DNA of 64,000 bases from Alphaproteobacteria bacterium (GCA_965227515.1 CBDDFZ010000001.1:2048001-2112000); one strand, 5' to 3'; shown: positions 8,915-20,414, numbered from the stretch's first letter. Program-made: numbers and translations. Notes: generated by a model not told the origin, from the sequence alone.

Positions 8915-10600
8915 ATGCACGCGGTGAGCGTGCTCCGGCGCATCCGGCCGAGCAATTTGGTGCTGCTCGCCGCGCTGCCGTTCATCGTCTATCTGTTCGC
9001 GTCCGAGCCGAACTACCAGCGCTCCCTGGTCGCCATTCTTGGCATCGAGGATGGTGCCGGCGAGCAACTCGTCGGCTTCTGCCTGGTGCTGTCGCTGTTC
9101 CTGACCGGCCTGCTGCTGCCGATCTCGTACTGGCGCGGCACAAAGTCGGGCCGTCGGCTGCGCCGCGCCGCGCACTGGGCCGTGTTCGTCCACGCGGCCC
9201 TGCTCGCCGTCCTGCTGGCCGTGCCGGATGCGGCCGGTCCCTACATCGAATCCATCGTCGCCAACACGGTCGACCCGTACACGTCCGACTGGGTGGTGGC
9301 CGGCGAGACGCCGCGCATCCTGACCGAGGCATATGCGGACGTCGTGCGTGGCGCCTGGGCGTGGATCGTCGTCGTGTATGGCGCGGTCTACTGCGTCACC
9401 GCCGGCATCACGCTGGCCGCCCACGAGGGCATGCGCCACAACCTGCCGCCGGTCGTCGTGCGGTATGCGGCCCTTGCCCTGACGCTGATGTCGCTCATTG
9501 GCCTGTTCTATGTGCTGTTCGTCGGCCATGCGGGCTTTGCCACCGGCCTGATGATCACGCTGCGGGCGGCGGTCTTCGCCTATCTCGCCGCCGCCGTACT
9601 GGGCCTCGGGCTCGCCGGGCTGCAAGGCCTGGCCCCCGGCCGGCGCACTTTCTTGGTCTACCCGGCGATCTGCGCGCTGCTCGGCGCCGGCGCGGTCTAT
9701 TTCTTCATGCAGCCGACCGAGACCTATGTGCTCGTCGGCGAACTCGACGAGCGGGTCGCCATCATCCAGGGCACGCCGTCGGGTCTCAGCGACGTCATCA
9801 AGGAAGGCGTGTTCGAGGACCAGGACTATGGCCGGCTGTCGATCCGCGCCGCCGAGGATGTCGCCGCCGCCCTGGACCTTGTCGCCAACCAGGACAACGT
9901 GTCGGCCGCCTTCGTGCCCATCGATGCGGCGCCCGCCACGCTGCCCGTGGTGTGGGAAGTGACATTCCTGCCCAGCGAATACCGCTCGCCGGCTTTCATC
10001 ATGGCCGCCATAGGCGGGCTGCTGCTGGTGCTCTGCCTTGGCGGGCTGCTGCACAGCCGCCACCCGCTGGCGGTGGGGGCGGAGTTCTTCATCGACACCG
10101 TGCGCGGCATCCCGATGCTGGTGATCATCCTCTACGTCGGCCTGCCGCTGAGCGGCGCGATCAAGGACGCCACCGACGGCGGCATCGACCTGCCGAACTT
10201 CGTGCGCGGCGTGATCGCGATCTCCATCGGCTATTCGGCCTACATGGCGGAGATCTTCCGCGCCGGCATCGAGGCGGTGCCACGCGGGCAGATCGAGGCG
10301 GCGCGCAGTTTGGGCATGTCGCGCTGGCTGGTGTTCCGGCTGGTCATCCTGCCCCAGGCCCTGCAAGTGGTGACGCCGCCGCTGGGCAATGAATTCATCG
10401 CCATGCTGAAGGATACGTCGCTGCTGTCGATCCTGTCGGTGCGCGACGTGACCCAGCGCATGCGCGAGTTCCAGGCGTCGAGCTTCCTGCCGTTCGAGCC
10501 GTTCAACTCGGCGGCGATCCTGTACGTGGCGCTGACGCTGGCCTGCGCCAGCGGCCTGAAGTGGATCGAGCGCCGCAACGACCGCCGCGGCGCGCGGTAG
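8915..10600 (+). CDS. amino-acid ABC transporter permease (HisM/GlnP family), extended to 561 aa
   Basis: C-terminal RGIPMLV, YSAYMAEIFRAGIEAVPRGQIEAARSLG, PPLGNEFIAMLKDTSL; extra TM helices and an inserted soluble domain. Confidence 0.88.
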   Translation: MHAVSVLRRIRPSNLVLLAALPFIVYLFASEPNYQRSLVAILGIEDGAGEQLVGFCLVLSLFLTGLLLPISYWRGTKSGRRLRRAAHWAVFVHAALLAVLLAVPDAAGPYIESIVANTVDPYTSDWVVAGETPRILTEAYADVVRGAWAWIVVVYGAVYCVTAGITLAAHEGMRHNLPPVVVRYAALALTLMSLIGLFYVLFVGHAGFATGLMITLRAAVFAYLAAAVLGLGLAGLQGLAPGRRTFLVYPAICALLGAGAVYFFMQPTETYVLVGELDERVAIIQGTPSGLSDVIKEGVFEDQDYGRLSIRAAEDVAAALDLVANQDNVSAAFVPIDAAPATLPVVWEVTFLPSEYRSPAFIMAAIGGLLLVLCLGGLLHSRHPLAVGAEFFIDTVRGIPMLVIILYVGLPLSGAIKDATDGGIDLPNFVRGVIAISIGYSAYMAEIFRAGIEAVPRGQIEAARSLGMSRWLVFRLVILPQALQVVTPPLGNEFIAMLKDTSLLSILSVRDVTQRMREFQASSFLPFEPFNSAAILYVALTLACASGLKWIERRNDRRGAR

Positions 10601-10614
10601 CTAACCTATAGACT

Positions 10615-10818
10615 TGTCATCCTTGCCCGGAGCCCCGAAGCCTTCGAGGGGCGGCGTGGCGAGGATCCATTCGTGCGCAGTGTGCGCTGTTGCCTGGCTT
10701 GGCTCGATCAGTGCGCGAGCAAACGCCCGACCCGGGCTCCACCCGCATCGCTCAAGAACCAATTGCCTGTTGGCGCATTGGACAAGAATGGGTCCTCGCC
10801 ACAAGGGCGAGGACGACA
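10615..10818. repeat. REP-doublet-like palindromic element between convergent genes
   Basis: Ends tgtcatcct / aggacgaca; arm gtcctcgccacaagggcgaggac; ggatccattc / gaatgggtcc pairing. Confidence 0.6.
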
Positions 10819-10873
10819 GGGGGGTGTTTGGGGAGTGTTGCGCGTGGCGGCCAGTAGCGCCATCGAACGCCCG

Positions 10874-12403
10874 CTACTCGATCTGGATCGCCTCGAAGCG
10901 CAGTTCGCCGCCGTGGTCGATCAGCACCAGCACCGAGCGGCGGCCGATCTCCTGGGCCTCGGCGACCAGGCGGGCCACGTCGGCGGGGCTGGACACCGGG
11001 TCCTGCATCACCTCGACGATCACGTCGCCGACGCTGATGCCCTTGATGTCGGCCGAGGAGTTCGCCTCGACCGCCACCACCACGACGCCGTCGGCATTGG
11101 CGCCGAGGTCGAACTCGTGGCGGCGCTCCGGCGTGAGCGCTGAGAGGGTGAGGCCCAGCTCCGGTACCTCGGCCTCGTCCAGCGGCGTCTCCGGGTCGTC
11201 GGTGTCGCCCACCACAGGCGCGTCGGTCACCGGGGTCTCTTCCAGCTCGCCGACCATCACGCTGAGCTCGACCGATTCGCCATGCCGCCACACCTCGACC
11301 GGCACTTCGGCGTCGATCGGGGTCTCGGCGACGATGCGCGGCAACTGGCGCATCTCGCTCACCCGGCGGTTGTTGAAGTGCAGGATGATGTCGCCGGCCT
11401 CGATACCGGCGGCGGCGGCCGGGCTGTCGGCGGTGACGCTGGAAACCAGTGCGCCGTACGCTTCGGGCAAGTCCAGGCTTTCCGCGATCTCGTCGGTGAC
11501 GGTCTGGATGCGCACGCCGAGCCAGCCGCGCCGTGTGCGGCCGAACTCGCGCAGTTGCGAGATCACGATGTCGGCGATGGACGAGGGAATGGCAAAGCCG
11601 ATGCCGACGCTGCCGCCGGTGGGCGAGATAATGGCGGTGTTCACGCCGACCACTTCGCCGGCCAGGTTGAACATCGGCCCGCCGGAATTGCCGCGGTTGA
11701 TGGCGGCATCGGTCTGCAAATACTCGTCATAGGGCCCGGAATCGAGGTCGCGGGCGCGGGCGGAGATGATGCCGGCGGAGACCGAGCCGCCGAGCCCGAA
11801 CGGGTTGCCGATGGCGATGATCCAGTCGCCGACACGCATGGCGTCGCTGTCGCCCCATGGTACGTACGGCAGCGGCTGGTCCGACTCCACCTTCAGCAAC
11901 GCGAGGTCGGTCTTGGCGTCGGTGCCCAGGATCTCGGCCGGCAGGTTGGTGTCGTCCTGCAGGATGACGCGAATCTCGTCCGCGCCTTCGATGACGTGCA
12001 GGTTGGTGACCACGTAGCCGTCGGGGTCGATGATGAAGCCGGAGCCGAGCGCGGTCGCCTCGCGCGGCTGCAGGTCGGGCTGGTCGCGGTCGGTGAACTC
12101 GTCGAAGAAATCCTGGAACGGCGAGTCCTCGGGGAAGTCCGGGATCACCGGCGGGCGCCGGGAGTCGACACGCTGGGTGGTGGAGATGTTGACCACCGCG
12201 GGCGACAGGGTGTCCACCAGGTCGGCAAAGCTGAGCGGCGCGCCGTCGGGCGCTTGCGCAAGTGCTGCGGGGGCTGCCAGCGCGCTCGCCAGAACTGCGG
12301 CGCCCACGGCCAGTCCGATCGCCTTGCCGGCCACACTGGCGGTTCGCCGCCTGACGTTCTTCAAGGCCCAAGCGTTGCTATGAGCTGGGTCGACCATCGT
12401 CAT
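10874..12403 (-). CDS. degP: Do/DegP/DegQ periplasmic serine endoprotease with two PDZ domains
   Basis: GSGFII, TNLHVI, TDLALLK, QTDAAINRGNSGGP, RGWLGV. Start codon uncertain. Confidence 0.92.
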   Translation of the reverse strand: MTMVDPAHSNAWALKNVRRRTASVAGKAIGLAVGAAVLASALAAPAALAQAPDGAPLSFADLVDTLSPAVVNISTTQRVDSRRPPVIPDFPEDSPFQDFFDEFTDRDQPDLQPREATALGSGFIIDPDGYVVTNLHVIEGADEIRVILQDDTNLPAEILGTDAKTDLALLKVESDQPLPYVPWGDSDAMRVGDWIIAIGNPFGLGGSVSAGIISARARDLDSGPYDEYLQTDAAINRGNSGGPMFNLAGEVVGVNTAIISPTGGSVGIGFAIPSSIADIVISQLREFGRTRRGWLGVRIQTVTDEIAESLDLPEAYGALVSSVTADSPAAAAGIEAGDIILHFNNRRVSEMRQLPRIVAETPIDAEVPVEVWRHGESVELSVMVGELEETPVTDAPVVGDTDDPETPLDEAEVPELGLTLSALTPERRHEFDLGANADGVVVVAVEANSSADIKGISVGDVIVEVMQDPVSSPADVARLVAEAQEIGRRSVLVLIDHGGELRFEAIQIE

Positions 12404-12504
12404 GGCTCAGCCTTCCACCACTGTATTGCGCCCAAAATATGTCCGCCGGCCGGGCAATGGCTGCGCCCGGCCGGGATGGCGATCGGAACGGTGACGGCGG
12501 GCGG

Positions 12505-13620
12505 TTATTGGTTGCCGCCGTCAGCGTCCTCGTTCACTGGACCGGCATCGCCGGGATCGGCCTCCGGATCGAAGGTCGGTGCCTCGGGCTGGACTTCCTC
12601 GCCATTCTCGTTGCCGATCATGTCAAGCGTCTCCAGCACCTCGAGGGTTTCCGGATCGAACTCCTCTTCCAAGGCGGCGCGTGCCGCCTCCGCCGTCGCC
12701 TCGATGACCTCCTGCAACTCGCGCTGCTGATCCAGTGTGGGCTCGGGGAACACGTGGTCCTCCAGCCCGCGCAGCATGCCCAGGAAGTCGCTGTCCGACG
12801 TCATCACCATTTGGGTGCTGCTGCCGGCCAGTGCGTCGACGTACTGGTTGAGGGTGTAATAGAACGAGAAGAACGCCTCGTCGCGGCCATAGGCCTCCGA
12901 CAAGGTGGTCAGCGCATAGTTGTCGGCATCGCCTCGAATACGCTCGCTCTCGCGGTTGGCGCCGGCCAGAAGCTCGGCGACGACACGGTCGGCGACCGCC
13001 CGGGTCACCTCGGCGTCGCGCTGGCCTCGGGCACGTGCGGCCGCGGCTTCCTGCTGACGCTCGGTGCGCATGTTCTCCAGCACCGATTCGGTGATCGCCG
13101 CCGGCAGCTCCGCCTTCACGATACGCACGTCGGCCACCACGATGCCGTTGTTCTCCAGCTGCGCGGAGACGATTTCGCGGATTTCCTCCATGATCAGCAG
13201 GCGGCGGGGCGACAGCACGTCCGACTGCGAGCGTCGCCGCAGCACGTTACGCACCGTACTGGCCGTCTCCCGCTGAATACGGCTTTCGGCCGCCGCAATG
13301 GTGCCCAGCGTCTGGTAGAAGCGGACCGGGTCGTCGATCCGCCACATCACCGTGGTGCTGACCTCAAGCCGCTTCGGGTCGCTGAGGGTCACCTCCTCGG
13401 CGTCGGGGGTGTACTGCAGCAGCCGCTTTTCCAGCCGGATCAGGTCGTCGACCAGCGGCACCTTGAACTGCAGGCCGGGCTCGGCAACGGTGCCGATCAG
13501 GTCACCGAAACGGACCACCAGCACCTGCTCGCCTTCCTTGACGGTGTAGAAACTGCCATAGGCGAGGATCGCCAGGACGACCAGGACCACGCCAATGACG
13601 GCGCCTCTTTTGCGGTTCAT
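12505..13620 (-). CDS. hflC: FtsH protease modulator HflC with an acidic C-terminal extension
   Basis: SPFH domain (PGLQFKVP, WRIDDP, MRTER, AYGRDEAFFSFY); coupled to hflK. Confidence 0.85.
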   Translation of the reverse strand: MNRKRGAVIGVVLVVLAILAYGSFYTVKEGEQVLVVRFGDLIGTVAEPGLQFKVPLVDDLIRLEKRLLQYTPDAEEVTLSDPKRLEVSTTVMWRIDDPVRFYQTLGTIAAAESRIQRETASTVRNVLRRRSQSDVLSPRRLLIMEEIREIVSAQLENNGIVVADVRIVKAELPAAITESVLENMRTERQQEAAAARARGQRDAEVTRAVADRVVAELLAGANRESERIRGDADNYALTTLSEAYGRDEAFFSFYYTLNQYVDALAGSSTQMVMTSDSDFLGMLRGLEDHVFPEPTLDQQRELQEVIEATAEAARAALEEEFDPETLEVLETLDMIGNENGEEVQPEAPTFDPEADPGDAGPVNEDADGGNQ

Positions 13621-14903
13621 TGGCCGGCTCCCGGATTTGTGCCCTCACTCGGACGCGGCGGTTGGCCCTGCATGGTGCCCTGCAGCTGGTTCAGCGGCAG
13701 GTAAGGCACGATCGATTCGGACAAGTTGTCGCTTTCAAGAATGATCTTGGTCACGTCCGTCAGCACCCGACCCAAAGTGTCGATATAGAGCCGCTCGCGC
13801 ACGATATCGGGCGACTGCCAGTAGGCCGCCAGCACCTGGTTGAAGCGCGCTGCCTGACCGTCGGCCTGGGCGGTGACGTTGGCGTGATAGGCGCGGGCAT
13901 CTTCCAGGATGCGCTGCACCTGACCGCCGACCTCTTCCTGGATCCGGTTGGCGTAGGCATCGGCCTCGTTGCGCTGCCGGTCAGCGTTCTGCTCGGCCAC
14001 GTCGACGTCGCGGAACGCATCGATCACCTCGGCCGGCGGGTCGCCGCCCTGCAGCAGCACGTCGAGCACCAGCACGCCGGCCTCGTATTGGTCGAGCGCC
14101 GCCTGCAACCGCTCTTGCGTCAATTGCTGCACCAGAATACGCGCGTTCTCCGCTTCCTCGTCGGTCGGCGTATCCGTGCCGCCGGCGCGCAGCAGAAGCT
14201 TGGCGATCTCGGTCTGGCCGACCACCTCGCGCAGCGCACTCTCGGAGATCGAGCGCACCAGGCCCGGCGGGTCCTCGACCTTGAACAGGAAGTTGTGCGC
14301 CTCGTCCTCCTTGACGCGCCACACCACCACATAGCCCAGGTCGATCAGGTTTTCGTCGCTGGTGACCATGCGGCTTTCTTCGATCACGTAGTCGACCGTG
14401 TCGTCCGCGGAGGCCCGGCGGGTGACGCCCGAGCGCGTGCCGACTTCGGTCAGCCGCTCGTTCAGCACCTGCACGATCTCGACGCTCTCGATCGGGGAAG
14501 GCCAATGGAAGTTCAGGCCTGGTCCGGTGGTCGCGACATGGTCGCCGAAGCGCAGCACCACGCCCTGCTCGCCGGGTTCGACCCGATAGAAACCTGAGAA
14601 CAGCCAGAAGCCTGCAATGACGATCAGAACCAGGATCAGGCCGCGCTTGGAGAAGAAACCGCCGGGCATCAGCCCGCGCACACGGTCCTGCGAGCGCCGG
14701 ATAAGATCGTCGAAATTGGGCGGGTTCGGGCCCTGCCCGCCGCCGCCTCCGCCGCCATTGCCGCGACCGCCCCAACCGCCGCCACCGCCGCCGGAGCCTC
14801 CGCCACCGCCCCAGGGGCCGCCGTCACCTCCGTTGCCGCCGCCGCCGCCACTGCTGCCGCCGCCCCATGGTCCGCCGCCACTGCCTTGATTCTTCCAGGG
14901 CAT
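13617..14903 (-). CDS. hflK: FtsH protease modulator HflK
   Basis: MPW...GPWG Gly-rich N-terminus, GVVLRFG, PGLNFHWP, ESALREVVG, DPPAEVIDAF, ERLYIDT. Confidence 0.92.
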   Translation of the reverse strand: MPWKNQGSGGGPWGGGSSGGGGGNGGDGGPWGGGGGSGGGGGGWGGRGNGGGGGGGQGPNPPNFDDLIRRSQDRVRGLMPGGFFSKRGLILVLIVIAGFWLFSGFYRVEPGEQGVVLRFGDHVATTGPGLNFHWPSPIESVEIVQVLNERLTEVGTRSGVTRRASADDTVDYVIEESRMVTSDENLIDLGYVVVWRVKEDEAHNFLFKVEDPPGLVRSISESALREVVGQTEIAKLLLRAGGTDTPTDEEAENARILVQQLTQERLQAALDQYEAGVLVLDVLLQGGDPPAEVIDAFRDVDVAEQNADRQRNEADAYANRIQEEVGGQVQRILEDARAYHANVTAQADGQAARFNQVLAAYWQSPDIVRERLYIDTLGRVLTDVTKIILESDNLSESIVPYLPLNQLQGTMQGQPPRPSEGTNPGAGQ

Positions 14904-15127
14904 AAAGTCGCTCCGTTAAATCCACGTCATGCCTGCCGTGCTGCTGGACGCACATCCTCGGCACGGCTAATTACCATGCTCCAGCGCATCGAACACCAGC
15001 GCAGGGAATCGAATGCGCCGAACCGCGGCCCAAATCGCGTTCGCGCAACGCCGCCAAACCGGCTTACGTCGACTGCCATGCCCAACGTTGCCGCGCGGCA
15101 TGCTGTGAATATGTTACGGGTGACGAC

Positions 15128-16258
15128 ATGGCAAGCATCAACGAAGATACGGTCCTGCGCGCATTGGGCTCAGTACCCGTACCTGGCGCTGACACCGATA
15201 TTGTCAACGCAGGCATTGTCGCAGGCATCGCCATCGACGGCGACCGCGTGTCGGTGTCGCTGCAGGTCGATCCCAGCCAGGGCAGCGCATTGGAGCCGAT
15301 GCGCCAGGCCGCGGAACGCGCGCTGGCCGGGGAGCGCGGCATCGGTCAGGCCACCGTGGTACTGACCGCGCAACGCAGCGGCGGCCGCCAGGACCCACCG
15401 CCAGCCGGGCCAGGGGGCGGCCCCCGGGCGGGTGCGGCGCCCCCGAAGCGCATGCTGCTGCCCGGTGTCGACAAAGTGATCGCGGTGGCCAGCGGCAAGG
15501 GCGGCGTGGGCAAATCCACCACCGCCGTGAACCTTGCCCTGGCGATGGCGAAGCTCGGCCGGCGGGTCGGTTTGCTCGACGCAGACGTTTACGGTCCGTC
15601 AACACCTCGCATGTTGAATGTGACCAACAAGCCCGAAAGTCACGACGGTAAGATTTTGGAGCCGATCGAGGCGTACGGGATAAAGGCTATGTCGATTGGG
15701 TTTTTGGTCGACGAGACGACACCGATGATCTGGCGCGGGCCGATGGTGATGAGTGCCCTCGAACAGATGTTGCGTGACGTGAATTGGGGCGATTTGGACG
15801 TGATGGTCGTCGACATGCCACCCGGCACTGGCGATGCCCAACTCACCATGGCCCAGCGAGTGCCCCTGGCCGGCGCGATCATTGTTTCCACGCCGCAGGA
15901 CATTGCACTGATTGACGCGCGCAAGGGTTTGAATATGTTTCGTAAGACCGAAGTGCCGTGTTTGGGAATCGTGGAGAACATGAGCCATTTCGTGTGCCCG
16001 TCGTGCGGTCACCAGTCCGAGATATTCGGTCACGGTGGCGCGCGCGCTGAGGCTGAGCGGGAAGGCGTTGCGTTCTTGGGGGCGGTTCCGCTGCACATCG
16101 ACATCCGCAAGACGTCGGATGAAGGGCAGCCGATCGTGGTTTCCGATCCGCAAAGCGCCCACGCGAAGGTTTATGCTGACATAGCCGTTAGGGTATTGGA
16201 CACTCTGTTCGAGGAGGATCGGCATGCAAGACCTGCCCCCCGCATCGTCTTCCAGTAG
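15128..16258 (+). CDS. mrp: Mrp/ApbC/NBP35 Fe-S cluster carrier ATPase
   Basis: ASGKGGVGKST, DADVYGPS, IWRGPM, DMPPGTGD, ENMS..CPSC. Confidence 0.95.
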   Translation: MASINEDTVLRALGSVPVPGADTDIVNAGIVAGIAIDGDRVSVSLQVDPSQGSALEPMRQAAERALAGERGIGQATVVLTAQRSGGRQDPPPAGPGGGPRAGAAPPKRMLLPGVDKVIAVASGKGGVGKSTTAVNLALAMAKLGRRVGLLDADVYGPSTPRMLNVTNKPESHDGKILEPIEAYGIKAMSIGFLVDETTPMIWRGPMVMSALEQMLRDVNWGDLDVMVVDMPPGTGDAQLTMAQRVPLAGAIIVSTPQDIALIDARKGLNMFRKTEVPCLGIVENMSHFVCPSCGHQSEIFGHGGARAEAEREGVAFLGAVPLHIDIRKTSDEGQPIVVSDPQSAHAKVYADIAVRVLDTLFEEDRHARPAPRIVFQ

Positions 16259-16766
16259 CCTGATCGGACGCCGGCGTTTCCTGATCGGCGGTGCCGCCGC
16301 GGCTGCCGCCGTCACGACGGCGCGGCCCAGTCTGGCGACGGGCTATCACCCCGACGCGGTGCGTTTGCTGGAATATGTGAACATCGTGCGCATGGGCGAA
16401 GGCCGCCGGCCGCTGTCCGCCGACGACCGGCTGATGGCCGCCGCGCAAGGCCACGCCGACGATCTGATGCTGCAGGCGATCCGCGACACCATGGGCACCG
16501 ACCACCAGGCGGCGCACCGTGGCTCGGACGGCACGCTGCCGGCCGATCGCGTGCGCCGGCAGGGCTATCGCTATCGTTTCGTCGGCGAGAACGTGGCCGC
16601 CGGCCGCAATGCGCCGGAGTTCACCGTGGCCGACTGGATCGACAGCCCGGGCCACTATCAGGTGATGATGACGCACAACGCGGTGGAGGCGGGCGCCGGC
16701 TTCGCCTATGACCCGCGCGAGCCGCGCTATCAGTATTTCTGGGTGCTGGTCGTCGCCTCCGAGTAG
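16224..16766 (+). CDS. CAP/SCP domain protein with Tat signal
   Basis: GRRRFL twin-arginine leader; AQGHADD, H.GSDG, GENVAAG, WIDSPGH. Confidence 0.85.
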   Translation: MQDLPPASSSSSLIGRRRFLIGGAAAAAAVTTARPSLATGYHPDAVRLLEYVNIVRMGEGRRPLSADDRLMAAAQGHADDLMLQAIRDTMGTDHQAAHRGSDGTLPADRVRRQGYRYRFVGENVAAGRNAPEFTVADWIDSPGHYQVMMTHNAVEAGAGFAYDPREPRYQYFWVLVVASE

Positions 16767-16796
16767 GCCGGCGCGTTCCACCCGATCCCCGAATTC

Positions 16797-16831
16797 AAAG
16801 GGCGGTGCTCCATCTGGCGCCGCCCTTTTTT
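16797..16831 (+). terminator. Rho-independent terminator
   Basis: aaagggcggtgc-loop-gcgccgcccttttttg: GC stem followed by a U tract. Confidence 0.75.
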
Positions 16832-16848
16832 GCATTTGGCGAACGCGA

Positions 16849-17283
16849 TCAGACGGCTTGATCCGGCGGGCGGCTGGGCCTGGTCCAGATGAACAGGCAG
16901 GCGAGCGCGAACAGCATGCCGATCGCCACCACCCAGCCCCAGCCGATGTCCACGCCCCAGGCCAAATAGACCAGGCTCGCCGTCATCATGGTGGTGGCCA
17001 GGATCTTCGCCCACAGCGGGATGACGCCGTGCTGCTCCCAGTGGTTGAGCAGGGGGCCGAATCGCGGATGGTCGTAGAGCCAGGCATGCAGGCGCGGAGA
17101 GCTGCGCGCGAAACACCATGCCGCGATGATCAGGAATATCGTGGTTGGCAGGCCCGGCACGAACACGCCGGTGAAGCCGATCCCCACCGCCAGCAGCCCC
17201 AGCCCGATGAACACGGCGCGCCGCAGCGGCCCGGGACGGCCGAGGCGGCCGTTGGTGTCTTCTGGCGCTGGCGGCTCGCTCAA
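16849..17283 (-). CDS. YbaN/DUF454 family membrane protein
   Basis: 3' part of the 610-aa track ORF: [37 protein letters not shown]. Proposed TTG start after GGAG. Confidence 0.85.
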   Translation of the reverse strand: MSEPPAPEDTNGRLGRPGPLRRAVFIGLGLLAVGIGFTGVFVPGLPTTIFLIIAAWCFARSSPRLHAWLYDHPRFGPLLNHWEQHGVIPLWAKILATTMMTASLVYLAWGVDIGWGWVVAIGMLFALACLFIWTRPSRPPDQAV

Positions 17284-17442
17284 GGAATGTGCTCCGTGGC
17301 TGATCGCGGCGTCCGGGCTGCTTTCGCGCGCGCCGCAACAGCTTGCTTTCGCGGGCGGAGTTTGCCAGCCTACCGGCCTTGAACGCCAATGAAATGCGCG
17401 CGCCGCCGCCGGGCGCCGCCGCCTTCCACGGGGGAAACCAAT

Positions 17443-18552
<1,110 letters not shown>

Positions 18553-18580
18553 CTCGGCCGGCGCCCGCGACACCGGTACC

Positions 18581-19999
18581 ATGCCGGCGGGCGGGCGCGT
18601 GTCGGCGGACGACCAACTGCCGCCTTTCGTCAGTGCCGTTCCAGGCGCGGCGTGGCCCGCATTGCCTGGCGCGCGTGGCATGGCGACCGCGACTCTCCTC
18701 TACCAGATGGAGCAGACCCAGTGGTGGTCGCCGGAGCGGCTGCGCGCCGCCCAGGCCGGCCAGCTCCGCGAACTGGTTGCCCACGCCCGCGCGACCGTGC
18801 CGTTCTATCGCGACCGCCTGGGCGGCTTGCCCGATTCAGGTGACGCGGACGCGTTCTACGACGCTTGGCGACGGTTGCCGGTGCTGCGGCGCGACGAGGT
18901 TCATGCGGCGGGCGAGGCGCTGCACAGCACGGCGGTCCCGGAAGCGCACGGCGGATGGGACGAGATTGCGACCTCTGGCTCGACCGGCACGCCGGTTCGC
19001 GTCCGACGTACCCAGTTGTTCGGCCTGGTCTGGAGTGCCGTCACCTATCGCGACCATCTTTGGCATCGGCGCGACCTGACCGGCACCCTGGCGGTGCTGC
19101 GGGAGTCGGGCAAGGGCAAGGCCGCCTACCCCGATGGCGACCGCTGGGAGCATTGGGGCGGTGGGCCGACGCTGTTCCAGTCCGGCCCGTGCGTCGGCCT
19201 CAACGTCATGACGCCGGTGGCCGATCAGCTCGAATGGCTGGTCCGCATGGACCCCGACTATCTGCTGAGCTTCCCGACATTGCTGGCGGAGCTGGCGGCC
19301 CTCAGCCGGCGGACGGGCAAGCGCCCGGCAAAGCTTCGGCAGGTGGAGACGATCTCGGAAATCCTCAGTCCGGCTCAGCGGGCGACCATTGAGGACGCCT
19401 GGGGCGCGCCGGTGGTGAATCTCTACAGCGCGCGGGAGGCGGGCTATCTGGGGCTGCAATGCCCGGAAAGCCATGCGCTGCATGTTCCGGCCGAGGCGGT
19501 CTTGCTGGAGGTGCTGGACGAGGACGGCGGCTGGTGCGCGCCAGGCGAGACCGGCCGTGTCGTGGTGACGCCGCTGCACAATTTCGCAACACCGCTGATC
19601 CGCTATGACATCGGCGATTTCGCCGCGGTGGGCCAACCCTGCGCGTGCGGTCGCGGGTTGCCGGTGATCAGCCAGGTGTTCGGACGCCGGCAGAACATGC
19701 TCGTCATGCCGGACGGCACGAGCAAGGTCACGCTGCTCTCGTCATCGGACCTGCAGGACATAGCGGCCTGCGCGCCGGTGCGCCGCTATCAGTTCGTGCA
19801 ACGCACGACCGATCTGTTGGAACTCAGGGTCGTTGCCGAGGATGGCCTGAGCGACGACCAGGCCAGTGCCCTCCAGCGCTGGGCCGCCGCAAAGTTTCAG
19901 TTTCCGGGCACCGTCATGGTGATCGGCGTTCCGGACCTGCCGCGGTCGCCCTCGGGCAAGTTCGAGGACTTCATTTCGCTGGTGGAAGCGTCGACCTAG
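18581..19999 (+). CDS. phenylacetate-CoA ligase / CapK-like adenylate-forming protein
   Basis: [39 protein letters not shown]. Confidence 0.85.
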   Translation: MPAGGRVSADDQLPPFVSAVPGAAWPALPGARGMATATLLYQMEQTQWWSPERLRAAQAGQLRELVAHARATVPFYRDRLGGLPDSGDADAFYDAWRRLPVLRRDEVHAAGEALHSTAVPEAHGGWDEIATSGSTGTPVRVRRTQLFGLVWSAVTYRDHLWHRRDLTGTLAVLRESGKGKAAYPDGDRWEHWGGGPTLFQSGPCVGLNVMTPVADQLEWLVRMDPDYLLSFPTLLAELAALSRRTGKRPAKLRQVETISEILSPAQRATIEDAWGAPVVNLYSAREAGYLGLQCPESHALHVPAEAVLLEVLDEDGGWCAPGETGRVVVTPLHNFATPLIRYDIGDFAAVGQPCACGRGLPVISQVFGRRQNMLVMPDGTSKVTLLSSSDLQDIAACAPVRRYQFVQRTTDLLELRVVAEDGLSDDQASALQRWAAAKFQFPGTVMVIGVPDLPRSPSGKFEDFISLVEAST

Positions 20000-20027
20000 A
20001 TGATCAAGTTCTAGGGCCTGTTGAGAT

Positions 20028-20414
20028 TCATCGCGAGTTTATGACAGCTGCTGCGAGATGGATGATGGCGTTGAAGCTTGTGTCGGTTTTGTCTGCACGC
20101 ATGGCGATTCGCTTGAACTCTTTGAGTTTGCAGAAGAAGTTTTCGATCAGATGACGCCATTTGTACATCTCGGCGTCGATTTGCAGCGGGCTGGCGCGGC
20201 GCGGATGCTGGGATATGACGATCTTGGCACCGCGCTCGTTGAGGTCAGCAACGATGGCGCTGGTGTCGAACGCTTTGTCCGCGATCATCGCCTTGAAGGA
20301 GAGTCCGTCGATGAGCGGCGGCACGCCAACCGTATCGTAGCGATGGCCGGGCAGGAGCACGAAACGCACCAGATTGCCAAGCGCATCACACAGCGCGAGG
20401 ATCTTCGTCGTCAT
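20028..20414 (-). CDS. IS5 transposase OrfB (DDE C-terminal part; probably joined to OrfA by a frameshift)
   Basis: TTKI.A.CDALG, IADKAFD, YKWRHLIENFFCKLKEFKRIAMRADK. Confidence 0.9.
   Translation of the reverse strand: MTTKILALCDALGNLVRFVLLPGHRYDTVGVPPLIDGLSFKAMIADKAFDTSAIVADLNERGAKIVISQHPRRASPLQIDAEMYKWRHLIENFFCKLKEFKRIAMRADKTDTSFNAIIHLAAAVINSR

Noticed and set aside
14750-14885. GGC-rich low-complexity tract
   Set aside because: Encodes the normal Gly-rich HflK N-terminus.
15599-16315. Antisense 238-aa ORF coinciding with the odd-codon part of mrp
   Set aside because: It only requires absence of TTA/CTA/TCA codons in mrp, which are rare anyway; no recognisable protein features.
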